DNA from: Lingula anatina
Taxonomy: Eukaryota > Animalia > Brachiopoda
Direction of reading: 5' to 3'
Assembly: GCA_051362555.1 (NCBI GenBank)
Contig: CM120640.1
Span: 38,604,788 to 38,668,787 of the forward strand
DNA length: 64,000 nucleotides
Shown: positions 12,100 to 25,700 of the stretch, piece by piece
Layout: the number at the start of each line of letters is the position of its first letter
Position numbering within the stretch: position 1 is the stretch's first letter
Translations under genes and position numbers: made by a program
The notes under the pieces: generated by a model
The model's database searches: none
The model's input: the letters and a program-made list of their open reading frames with translations, nothing else
Told to the model about the DNA's origin: nothing

Positions 12100-14443
12100 A
12101 CCCTCTACTGTGCCGGCATCTATACCGGCTAGGTGACGGAGATAGTACACGGTCGAGGTGGGACCAGGGTAAACAATGGCATACTGCCACGGGTGGTGAA
12201 GATATCAGAACTCCGTGGAAAGCTTCTGTCTACAAGTGCTTTCTAATCACTGCTTCTGTCGGCTTCCTCTTTCTTGGGGAACACAGCCCAATATCAGTGC
12301 AAACCATCTGAACAAAAATACGTGAAATGGTTTTTTGTAATCAGAACGGTTTGTTCCAGTTGGTTCTTTGAGTTTTTTTATCGGTTTTAAATTTCTTTGA
12401 ACCAGGAAGACAATGAGGTGTTACACAAAATCTGCAGCGATACCCTAGGTGTTGGTAAATTATAGGCTTTGGATTTTTGCATAATCAAAAATTTCTTAAT
12501 TTCAAGTGGCCACTCAATGTGACCACGAGATATAAGTTTACTATGGATCAGGAAGAAATTGATGTGCTACACGGAATCGTGCTGTGCATCCTCCTTGTCG
12601 ACTTGGAATCCTGGAGGCTCGCATATGACAACTAACGACTGGAGGCTATGCATATGGAAGGTCCACAAATAAGTGCAGTTTTCTCCGGTGCAAGATCTTA
12701 TTTTCAGCATCATCATGTTTTTTTTTCATTGTACGAAAACATTGTAGTGCTATTTCACCACAAAAATTGTCAATTCATCTCCCACTTTTAAACAAAAAAT
12801 ACCGACAGTGTACGTTGATGACCTATCGCTAACCAAGTAGCAGTTTCAACACATAACGCGCCTCCGAAAGTTGAGCAAGAGCGAGGCGCCCCTGTCATAA
12901 ATTGAAGTAAGACATGCAAACACACGAAGGCTTGCACTCACTGTTAAAAGTCTGGTTTATAATAAATCCATCTTCACCCCTAACTATGATACCTCTGCCC
13001 AACAACATCACTCTAAAAAGCATCTGTCGACCCGCGACTGTAAACACATGCGTTTCCAGACAGAAAGATGTGAAAATGGATAAGTGAAATTGTCTTGGAT
13101 AGGCTCAATATTAACTCGTTAATCAAATTTGACGAAATAAAATGATGGTAAGAAATCAGGAATAGGACAGTCAAACAAAAACAGTGGCCAATTTAATTTC
13201 TATTTATTATCTTTTTAGCCGTATATTCCAAGTTAACAAACCCAGCAACTATGCACCTCTACCTGTTATATATTTAGCATTAAACAATGCTATAAATCGT
13301 GAATGAAAAAAGTTTTGTTTCATTCAACCTCATCGTCTGTGTAAAGTCTCCGTGTCATAAAGGTGGCACTGTTTGTTTTTGGCCGATCATATAGTGTCAT
13401 AAAGCTGTCTGGGCTGTCTGCGAGGCCCTGCTGTCGTTCCCCGTTATTTGCCGTAGGTCACCGCGTGTCAGCTGATGTTAGGATACTGATAGCCTTCCAG
13501 ATATCAGCACAGTCTTGTCATTTTATTCCCAACCTGTACACCCTGTGTACTGCATGAACACGTTCATGCGTACCTGTTCATGACAGTAAAATTTTTATAG
13601 ATAGTCCGAGTAATAAAAATTCCACATATTACAATAACAGCGATGTTTTTTTCATAACCCCGCAAGCAAGGGCGTTAGTACATGGAAGTCTCTGTAAGCT
13701 AGTTTTTACAACTATATATTTTAGCAGGTTGTGGGAAATAACGCTCGAGCTATGAACTGGTTGGTATATATCTAGCACAAGTTTCTTACAATTTTTCTTC
13801 TGATCAGTAAATTGACATGTATAAAATCATTAAAACGCTCTTTGAAGATATTCTAGTCCAATCTAAATAAATGATTTCTAAATGGAACCAGAGGTCCCAT
13901 TGAGTCGGTCCTGCAGAGAAAAGCACTTTAGTCGTCTTAAAAGTCTTATTATCACACCTTTAGTATGCTAAGGTTATCACCGTGTTATTAATCATTCACC
14001 TTACCAACCTGTCACCCCTATGTTTGAAAATGCAGAGCCCAACAGAGGGCGTGAGTGGCACGCACCAGGCAAGCTACAGCGCCTGATCGTTTAAGTATAA
14101 TCGTCCAAAAGCATGTGGATCGCGAGAGATGAACGCGTTAAGCCGCAACAATAAGCGCGCACCCAAGTATTTGCTTACGTAGAGTACACACACATATATA
14201 CACCAGGCAGCGTGTCTGCGAATGCCAGTTGGAAACACAACAGCGTCCGGTTCAGACTGTTAACACTACTGTGACTGTCGTTAAGAGGTGTTGTTAAACA
14301 GAAGAGGAAGCGACAGACGTCCATACGTCGTGTTTACACCTGGATTTTACGTTTGCCATTAAGGAATAATCACATTTAAGCTCACGGAATTCGTATCACC
14401 TTTAACATCACACGGCTGTCGTTTGCACAGTTTATCTGCGGCT

Positions 14444-17400
14444 ATGGAGAGCAGAAGCGGAGTGTGGATTTTTGCCGTGATTTTTTCTTACCTGGTCATC
14501 CTGCCTGTTAGGGTGGAAGGGTGTCCACCAGAATGTCTTTGCCGAGGAGATACGGCGGATTGCAGTTTCAAGAAGTTTAAATCAGTCCCAAGAAACATCC
14601 CGTCTTCCGTGCAGAAGCTGTAAGTCATAAACTCACGAGTCATTTGTTGTTATTCTTGTAATAAATGTTACGGTTGTTTCACTTTCACTCAGAATTCAGT
14701 AATTTAACTTGATTGGAAGGTAGTCGTAAAGTGTCGGATAGACATTTTTGACATAACATTTTGACGCTGTCTCAACGAGTACATCTCCGCCTTCAAAGCC
14801 GATTTTCTGTATCTTTTTACGTTTGCTTTAACGTGATTTAGCAGTCGTGGGTTTTAAACGGGGTTTAAGGTGCTTTCCTTTCAAATAAGTGATCAATGAA
14901 AGGTTTTAAACGCTGATTGGTAAGTCTTTTCAGCTTGTGATTCGGTAACCCATTATTTATCCGTCACTTCAGTCCACAGACCTTAACAAAAAATTCGGAT
15001 TAAAGGCCGCAGTATATCTGATATGTAAACTGACTGAGAGAGTTTTATTCTGAAGGTTAAAAATGCAGGATCATGTTGCGAGATCTAATTCTTTCCGGAC
15101 ACTTAGTTCAGCATTCTCTCAATGAGTGTCCCACTGAGATAGAGGGGTCTTGTGTTGGTTCCAAACCGTCTTCCTTTCTCAGACTTCTCAAGCGAAACAT
15201 AAAATATTAGAAATTTAAGACGTGTTTTAACGAAATAACAGAGTCAGTCGTTTACGTCAGATTGTACTATCGTTTACCTTTCCTTATGTATGTAGTATAT
15301 ACATTTAGCCTGCCTATAGTATAGGGCCTACTAAATAATTGTAGTTCTTGTATAATATTTGTTGAATGTAATGTATATAGTCATTGTTCTTTCTCTCCTT
15401 GCTGTACAATACAACACGTAATTAAATTATTTGTTTTTCTAGCGATTTGGAGGGCAACAATATCACTGTTATCCGTCGAAATGACTTGAAAGGATTAACC
15501 AACCTGAAATACATGTAAGTTTGCTATACGTTTTATGTTATTCTACACACCTAGACGCTGTTTTCACATCATGTATTCGCTTTTGGTTGTGTGCATCCCA
15601 CTCACACGATTAAAACAGTTGACAGAATCCGTTACTGCCGCCTAGAAAGCTTAATTGATTGCAGTGTCAAAGTAATCACATATTTGTATACTAACGCGGT
15701 AATCTATTCACTGGTTTCTTTGTTCGCTTTTCCAAAGCCTTGTGATGTTTTGCGCTTAGAAATTCCATTTGAATCACGATTTGAACTTAAAAATCGACAA
15801 GCTATCATATTTTTATCATTCATTACACTTATGTTGTATATTATATCGCCTAACCATATTTCTAGAACTGCGTATTCAGCAACACTTCCACTTCATAGAC
15901 ACCTTCTGTGAAGCAGATTATAAGCGGAAATAATTCATGAAATCATAAAATTCGCCAAGCGTCAAGACAATTACCATGCTTGCACCGCAGATTATGAGAT
16001 AGTGATCAATTTCTATTACTGCAGATTGCTTATTACTCATAGTGTACGGAACATGAAACGCGCTTGTACCAAGTTCATCCACATAAATTAAAGACCAACT
16101 AGTTATTATAATGCGATCACCAGCGTTGTTAATCTTGAGATAGATGATAATGAAATTAAGAAATAATTTGAAGGCATTCGTTACGCTTTGTGACTAGAGA
16201 TAAATATGTGTATATATATGAAAACCTATTTTTATTTATATTCTCAGGTATTTGTTGGACAACCAAATTTCTACCATAGAAAAGGGAGCATTTGACGACT
16301 TGGTGTATCTGGAGAGATTGTAAGTAACAGTTTGAGTTCACTATTTCATATTCAAAAATAACTTTAACGAGATTCCAGATGAATCGGCTTATGTGAGAGC
16401 GTCGTTATCCGTAACGGAATTTCACAAAAAGTATTCAGGTTATTCTATATTTTTGGTAGCATGCCTTCCTGCTCAGGTGAAATAAGCGGATAAGAGCATT
16501 GTTTTGGCCACGTAGGTATTGGGTTGTAATGCCTGGTAACTCTCAATCACTGTAGCTTATGCGAACGCACACGCACGAGTTTTGGTTTCAGAGTGTAAAA
16601 TTCCACTGGGACATATCCGTCCTGCTGAGGAAGACGAGAACACGTCGAGGAAAGGGTTTTGTCGCCGCCCTCGCAAAAGTTTACCTGTATTTGATTTAGT
16701 AGTTTAAGGTGCTAAAAAATAAGTCCACCACAAATATGCAACTTCAGAGTTCATACGAGAACACGTAGCGAAACGTTCGTTAATCCCTTCACGCATCGCA
16801 CCTTATTAAAAGAGAACAAATAGGCAATATCTCTCTTGTTAGTTAAGATTGTTTAGACATAGGCATAACTTTAATCAATGCAGCAATGCTTATTATTCAG
16901 ACTACGTGATAAAACTAGAATTTCCTGGGTGTTACTTGAGGATTGCATTGTCAAGTTACGGCACTCACAATGTGCGGAGAGTTTTTGTCTGTGTTCTCAC
17001 AAGGGCGCTAACAAGATAAGGCGCGGGATATTCTACTTAGTCCAGCAAGCAGTCTCCTTTGGTACTGTGTAGTGAATCCCAGGCTTTATTAACCAGTGCT
17101 GGAGATAAACACGAAAGAGTGAATAAATAGAACAACAAAAACTTTCGGTTTTTCTACGGTTGTTGTATTTGAGCTGGGATCTTCGCCGCTTTCATTGTGT
17201 TAGGATTTTTCTAGTGTCTGATTGTCTGGATCGAACTCATTCCTTCGAAACCCCGAAAAATTATTTTCAGGATTTTCGCGGGCAAATTTAAGTGTAAGAA
17301 TTATTACTATCGATCCACTGAGCTTATATTTCACTTAGAAGGGGAAACGGATACTCGTCTGCTTACTTCAGGGCAAACAATAAGTGACTAGTGTATCTAG

Positions 17401-19753
17401 CTACTCGTCTCCATAAACCCGATCTTCCTAGCCCTAGACACGTTTCCATACACATTCCTCTGACACTGCCGTAATTAAACTTGACGAGACCCCAGTCAAA
17501 AGGCCAAAAATACTCCGCAAACAATTGGGCTTATCACCAAAGCTAAACTAGTTTTACGAAGATCGAATCAATGGGCATTTTACTACAAGAATCGGGAAAT
17601 TTGCACGAACGACGTTCTTGTGGTACGATCGTTTGTGCTGTTGTAGGGATACCGGATACGTTTATTTCAAACTTGATAAAAATGTGTGTACACAAAAAAT
17701 TAAGTGTTGTATTTGACCTTCATTGTATCTCTCATATATAAAAACAGAAAAATCCCAAACAGATCGTGAAACGGGGGGAGTGTTTATTCCCCTACATTGC
17801 CCTCTAAGACTAATATTTTTCTAATAAGACATTGACCAGAAATGACCTGTCTCATGAGAAGTGTCTACAGCCCAGAGCCGAAAATATAAAGCTTTGTTGA
17901 AAGAGCCAGCAAGGAAAAAGAGAAGAGTTTCCCCACTTCATTCATTTTTGTCCAAAACATGTCGCCTACTGTGTCATGTGCGCGTTTTACCTGACAGGTA
18001 AAAAGCGTCTCGTTTGTTCAAGCCACTTGAATTTTCATGTCCACGAACTATTCCCTTATCGCTTAAATTGTCTGTAATTTTCTCTCGCCAAACCTAGTAT
18101 CATCATTTCTCTAAACAGAGCAGGTAGCAGTTTCGTCTCACATGGGAGTCTTAATTAGAAATTAATCAAATAGAGACCTTCCTTATCGCTCCAATTATCA
18201 GGCAAAGAAAGGACTCTGTACTCTGTTCTTTACTATTGGGGGCACGGGCCTGTCTTTATTTCCAGTGTCATTTTGTCGCTATTAATAGAAAAGGAAATGA
18301 CATCGGCCGTCAACAGTACCACAGTAATCGAGCATTGTTTTAAGGGATGGGAATTTACCTTGGATAATTATCGAACATTTGAAACCACCAGCCACTGAAA
18401 TTATAACGACAAACGTGTCCCTAAAAGTATTTTCAAGGTGTTTCACTGAAGCAGAGACATTCATTTTAAATGCAGTGGAAAATATTTAATCAAACCAGCT
18501 ACCCCGTGTTTTCATAACTTCGCTACAAAAGTTAATTTTGGAAATATCAGTAAAAGCTTACGAATGAAGAGTCAAGAAAACAAGAAGCAAAATCAACAGA
18601 GAAAACCAAGTGCCTTTCAAACACCTTTGGTCGATGCTTTGCCTCGAAGGTTAAAGCAACAATCAAAGATGAAAACCTCTACAAAGCAAGAACAACAGTT
18701 GTGGGGCGCGCCTCGTGAAATGGATTTTACCCTGAAGTGCGGCAACGTTAAGGTTACGAAAAAGCATATAAGTTTCGGTCGATGACATGCGGGAAAATGT
18801 GCAGACGCTAAAACGAAACGCTTATTAAATAAACATTCAAACAGAGACATTTCCGAAATGCAGAATTAATTTCAAGAACTGTGTAAGCCCAATATCAGCT
18901 GGACTCGTATAACATTTAGAAATTGGTCTCATCTTTTGTGACAAAATGTCCCATCTTACGCATGCAAGTATGGATAAACATTTCAGGTGCAGCACACGCG
19001 AGTCCAGAATGAATGATTGGGTTTGGAATTGCCTTGATTACATGTTAAAATTTAAGTTCCCTAATCTTAAAACGTAAATGTACCACAAACAAGGATGGGC
19101 TTAGTCCGTTACAGTCCCCGTTTTTCTAGTGCGCCGTTCTCTATTAAAAAAAGTATTGGGACCTATTGTACGCGGGTGTAATTTTAAATAATTTTGTTAT
19201 TTTAGTAATGAGTCACACAATAGCCCGAGGACTTTCACAACATGGGAGATATTGTCGATAACTAAGGGAAAAAAAAGATGCGAATGTGCCAATCCCGTAC
19301 AATTCCCCCATCACTTTGCCCTTCAATTTTATTCCTATTTGTCCCGCCTTTCCAGTTTGTGGGGCCAAAGGGTGACAGGCTGATATGCGAAAGTGAATCA
19401 AAAGTATCAGTCAAGAAGGAAGATAGGGCTCACAATAATTGCGGTCCTTTCCCGGGTTTGGCATTAATGACGTACACCGCACTATCATGTAAATAATACA
19501 CATACGGATCATTTGTGTATCTTGATAAAAAAAAATGTCTTGGAGGTACGTCTTGTCCCAAATCAATCAGAATTAAATCAAAACAACTTCTGAGCGTTAT
19601 GTATTGGAGTAAATGAAACATATTTCAGTTATTTCAGTATATTAAAATATAATTATAATTTTTTTTCTATTTTTTTTCCAGACGACTGAATCGTAATAAG
19701 TTAACCAGTCTGCCAGATCGTCTATTTGAGAAGACGCGGGGATTATATCGACT
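14444..19753 (+). CDS. slit: slit exons 1-4: signal peptide, D1 LRRNT and first LRRs
   Basis: [41 protein letters not shown] (14444-14619); [10 protein letters not shown] (15443-15514); [18 protein letters not shown] (16248-16319); [15 protein letters not shown] (19682-19753). All have GTAAGT donors. Confidence 0.94.
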
Positions 19754-22700
19754 GTAAGTCTAAGCTTTCTTATCAATCCTGCGTACTGTCTGTCATTTTT
19801 TTTACGTTTGCAATAATCTTTTGAGCAAAATTTGAAACGCCGTCACAATCGACAATAGCTAGCGTAGGTTTTATTGCGTATGCGTACATGCTAAGAAGTA
19901 TGAATGATATTGGCGTTGCTTAAGGAGGGAGTCGGTGAATTGATTAGTTTACAGCGTTCACTGAAGAAGTTTAAGTGTACGAGGTTGTTTGTGTTAAACC
20001 CCTGCCCCTCTACTTCAGTTTGTTTCCGAACTCTACAGCACTAGTCTTTAATCTAAAACGATAAGTTTTGCTAAAATTAATCTCTCTGCAAATCCCAAGC
20101 AAATAATAACCCCAATCAATATCAATTCTACTTGTATTTATTCAAACATCACCTTACCACTTACAGGATAACAACTCGATGGCCAGTTTCCATCTAAAGT
20201 GCTCCATACTTGGTATTTATCATCTGAATAAAGGCATAATCATTACACTTAGTAATTTCAAGTTGATAAGAGGAGTCATAAGCCTTTGACAAGACACCTC
20301 CTCTGATTGCCAGGTTGACAGTCACCCCTCTAACCCTGGCTCTGACCACAGAAATAGATTATTAGATCATTATATCCATCATTTTTGTCATCCTTTGACA
20401 CAGTATTTGGAAACATATATGGCATGTCACCACAGGAACTGGCATTCCCCCCACATTATTAGGAAGCATCTAAATAATTTACATTCCGTACCTTTATGGA
20501 AAATATTTAAGTGACATTCAGCTGGACTGAAAATATCACATAACACCACTGTTTAAAAGTACAGCCTTGGGATTTATATTAAGCTGATCACTTTTAGAGA
20601 ATCTCACCCTTGCCATCATTCTGTAGTACACATTAACTAGGCTTTAAAAGGCTTTCAAACTGTGCATTCTGAAAGATCTATTTTTCTCATACAAAGGTTC
20701 ACAAAATCACAAACACTCGAGCCCTAAGGGCAAAAAGATCTGTTTTGACAGCTCCTGAAATCCCTACAATCAATTCCCCTATGAGATCAACAAAAATTAA
20801 AATAATTACATTTCTAAATGTAGTTCAAATGGTCCTTTTACAAAGACAATGGCAATTGTTTAAGTAATGACAATATCTAGTAGAGCCAATTTCACCCGTT
20901 AAAGAAAGACGAGGATGATGAAGTCATGCAGAACAGAGTTCATTGTAGAAAGGTGATAGACAACATAAGGTACCAGAAAAGGATTAGGAATGGATCAAGA
21001 ACATTTAACCCTGAAACCCTAAGTGCAATTTCCATACACATAACTCTATTGTTTACTGCCTTGTACCATTGTTCATTACGTATACCTACATAACTGTATA
21101 GCACAAGAATTACAGTGGTCACATCATTCTACAGAAGGTTCAAGCCTGTTGTGGAAGCCAAAGAATGAACACTGATTATAACTAATACAAATAGCATCCT
21201 ATCCTTCTTACTTGAACCAGGATTTAATAAAGTGGTTGTAAATTAGCTGCAGCAATAATTGTGCCTCACGGTGACATGTGCCTGGCAACAAATCCTCTGG
21301 CAGTTGTGGGGACCCTTGAAAAGTGAAAACGTCTGCTTAGTGCCAACTACAGCGAAAGTGCGGGTTATCCCCTATGTCAAGAGAGTTGATTACTGATTTC
21401 AATAGCAAACTCAAGTGCCTCAATGAGATACAAATATTTCTTATTTAACACTTGGGAACATGCAATACCCATTTCCAATGTAGAGGGTAGCAGAAAGCAA
21501 GCAGGTGACAAGTGGACATTTGGATTATGAAACAGAGCTGTGTAAAGTCTGCCCGTTTGAAGATTTAGATATTAATCTGACGCTTGTCAACTTGGACAAC
21601 TTGTGCACCTGTATTCAAAACCATGAGTTGTAATTTATGAATGGTTAATTTTATTCCAAACACCAGGAAATGAGCGATCAATTTTTAAGGTTTTCCCATA
21701 TATATATTGAGATGATTTAATCAAGTAGACTTTTTTCATATCTAAATCAGTAAAAACCCAAATCAAACATCAGTGGTTTGGATGTGGCTTACAAAACTCC
21801 CATATCCTGCTGTCAACTTGCCGTCTGCTACAGTTATATCTCCGCATTATCTCTAATTTAGTCACAATTTTACAAAGACCCCCTACACCTCGGGGCTTAG
21901 AAACCAACATAACATCCACAAACTAAACCTCAACACAATAAATTACTCCTATATTAAGTCTTAAGACTCCTGAACAGAAAACCATAGGTTACGTTGTAAA
22001 TGGCTTTCAGAAGACCTCAGTGATAAGCAGTGATTTTCTTCGTCTTAGTCATTATTTCCCTTGCTTGATAAACCATGCCTGTAGAGGAGAGAAAATTCAA
22101 CCATCCAGTAGTCATGTGTCATATGGTATCCATTTTCCATCCATATCTGAAAAAATAACCATATTCAGAACTCTTGAAGCATGATAGCCCCCAGTGAATG
22201 ACATTTGCTCATCTAGAGTTGTAAACCCTCAACCAGATCACATTGGGTTGTATGTGTGCATGTATGTGTTTTTATCACTCCACTGAATGAAAACTAGCTG
22301 GAATGGGATCCTGGTTCTGTATTATCTATGACAAGATCTGGCTTTTTAAACCATGCACCAATTATTAAGTGTCTGATCCTCTTCACTGATACACCTGGAA
22401 CTCTTTCAAGCATGCTCAGCTTGCTAGTAAGGTCCACTGGTTTCTGAATAGCTGAGTATTTTCATGTCTGTGCTGCAAAAAAGCATTCCCTTGTTTTTTA
22501 TCTATAGTGTGTGGGCTGTATTTTTTCAATGGTTTACTATTGTATTTGGAATGTGTGCGTAAAATTTAAATAATAACCCCACTTAGGTCAATGACTTCCT
22601 CAAATAATAACAATGAACAATGTGGTATATATTTTTTGCTTTATCAAATCTTGTTTTAAACCATCAAGTAAAGTCAAATTGTAGATAAAATGTCCTCATT

Positions 22701-25700
22701 AAAAATTAATATTAAAGTTTATCTGATTATAATTAATTTTTACAAATATCTGATATAAAATGATCCTTTGTAGAAATAAAATATCACATTGATTTCTCAT
22801 GAAGAGAGCAATATGTTATGAATTCAAAATGATTCAAATGAAAGCCAGACAAAAAACAAGCTTTGAGAGTTTTCTGAAACACTACACACCATATCATGTC
22901 GATCACAATTTCCTTCTCTTCAATCATGGTGAGTGGATTGACTGTGCAAATATTAATTTTCACCTGTATATTTCGTGGGAAAGTTGGTGATAGATTGGTC
23001 TTTTTTTTTCAAGAACAGTCAGTAGGGTCCAATGAAAATGGCAATTTGGAGTGTCCATTTAACTAAATACAAAATGCTTTGATGGTTGACACTCTTAAAG
23101 TACTTTGTGCATGGGCAAATTGAGAAATTTTGTCAGGTTCAGTGCACTTTAAAGCATGGTCAAAATCAGTATAACATTTCCTTTGGCCAACAGTATGGAA
23201 TTTAATTTATAAAACATTGACTAACGTTAAGCATTTCACTAGAAAAACTAGCCAGTCAATAAAATAACTGTATGCATCAACCACTTACTTAATATACCTC
23301 TCTGAATTTTAAAGCTAAACTTGTATAAGTTAATTGTGAGGTCTTTCTGTTCAATGTCTCCTTGTTCATCAGTGAAATACCCTGCAGCTCTGTAGTGAAG
23401 TGTTGTGATGATTCATTATGTACTAACAAGCTGCTGCCAGAAACAGCTCGAGTAGGGAAAAAAAATCAGAATATTGACCTGGAACTAAACGTCTTCTATG
23501 TGGAAATCTGATGCAAGGCTCTTCATATCTCAGGCACATATCAGATCAGGTGGGGGATATTACCCTGAGTCACAAGGATCGTTAACTTAATTACCAAACT
23601 TTACCTACAGCAAATCTAGAGACATAGTGCTTGAGTTTAGAATATTTAAATTATCTGTTTACACTTAGAATAAATGGGGCATCTTTTCGAAAATGACTAT
23701 AACAAAACTAGTGTCTTCTTCTGGTTTCTGAACTTTTCAAGATTATTGAGGAAAAATTTGAAAAAAAAAACCCAGTAATTTGAGCTATATCTACTGAAAT
23801 CTCTGGTTTCGTCCTGATATATGTGGACGAAAATACATTTGATTTCCACAACAAAACTAGATTAGCGGAGGCTTCCTCTTTTGAAAATACCTTTTGTTGG
23901 CACATCGTGACCACACATAAAACTGCAGTATCTTTTTGGTATCTGTACTGTAGGTCTGAGACTGGGTTACGGTGGCAAAGATCCACAGTTTTGTATGAAG
24001 TGTGTAAATTGAAGATTGTTACTAAGCTTTTGCATTGTTCGACACCACACCCAACAATCACATAGCTTGCCTGTTTGTCCTATCAAGTTAGAAACAGAAT
24101 ATGACACCCAGCAGAAAAAATTAGATTGCATAACAGAAATTTTTAAGAAAAACATAAAAAGAATACGAACAATTTATTCCTATAACCCCTAATTTCCTAT
24201 CATTTAATAAAGACAGATACACTCATTACCCAAATCTGTTTCCTTTTACCATGTAAGACTTTTTATGGTATGTCAGGTGAATGAAATATCACGTTGATAA
24301 TGAGAACTAATGGCAGGGTCAAATGCAGGGTAGTTCAACAATACCCAGCATCTGAAGAGCTATAACAAGGGCGTCTGATATCACAGGTCTGTTGTAGAAC
24401 CACTCGATATGAACTAATTGAATTCAATGCATTTAGTTAGGTAGGGGAGACATGTGATGATCAAAGTCTTAACTCACAATCCTCAACAATTGTAAACAAT
24501 TCATTTCTGCAATTTTACAAGAGAATTAAGATAAAGCGTTGAAAGGAATTAAGGAATGTGAATTCCACCTGCAAGGGGAGTGCTTGTATTGTTAGCATTA
24601 GTCTAGAGTGCAGAAGGAAATCATATATAATAACTGGTATCTTGCTGTGATACCTAGATTGAAGACATACCTACGAGTATGCTATTAATAGTGTCATGAA
24701 TTTTAATGCACAATTTCCCTGCAGTGCTTTAATGATAAGTTGATGTAGCAAAAAACAAATACATGTCCTATGTAAGCTTAATTACACAGCATTTAACCCA
24801 TACTGACAACACAATGTGATCCTGACAATATATCAAGTATGTGCATCTGGAATGTAGTTATCTGCACCACAGAGAAAACAGACCATTTTCAATCTTTGGT
24901 CTGTTGATCATGGAGAACATGAATCCCTTTTGCAATCTAATAATTCCCTGATCTGATCAGAATTTCTCTCCGGCCTGTCAAAGAGATTTTCTCTAACAAA
25001 ACATGAGGAGTGTAATTGATTGTGTCCTATCAATGATATCTTACAAGGGTTTCGTCACATTCATATCCCAGACCTTGTCTTGACAGAATTCTGTAAGCTG
25101 AGAAAAGAGTGAACTTTAATATCTCGTCCTCTAGGCATTTCATAATGTCATTCGTATTTGAGGGAGCGGGGAGGAAGGGAAAGAAAGGTAGAAGAGAAAG
25201 AGCCAAGAAAAGCTTTTTAACCGCATCTTTAAAATCTGCTCGAAGCATTAAGGGTAAAAACAAGTATTCTTAAAATCTCTTTTATGCATCTGTGCATGTA
25301 CTTCAAGTATTAAACTGCTGAACAAACTGACATGTTGTCCAACCACAAAGTTTACCTTAACAGTTATACCATGCAACAGTAGCACACAGTTAAGTATAAA
25401 GTTTCAATGAACTTTTGAAAGAAAATACATGAGGAATTCTTTTTACTGGTTTATGAGTCTTGTTCTATATTGGTCTCTTTCATGATTTTGCCTATACTGT
25501 AAAGTCTACATAGTGGAAAACAATATCTTACTGACATTTCCATGTATAAAAACATTTACCTTTATTACTCAATCAAAACACAAAAATAGCTCTCATCCCA
25601 TGCTGGTCATCACCATGTAGAACTGCACTCATACTGTGAACTATTCTTGAAAACTTGTTTTAATCCCTAATAAAACAACCAAGAAGCATTAAAATAAAAT

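Noticed and set aside
13547-13573. Short palindrome GCATGAAC-AC-GTTCATGC upstream of slit
   Set aside because: An 8-bp stem alone is expected by chance in 64 kb, and there is no supporting context.
16625-16672. Hammerhead-ribozyme-like CTGAGGA...GAAA-GGG...CCC-TC
   Set aside because: Stem II (GACG/CGTC) is separated from GAAA by 3 extra nt, and stem I does not pair.
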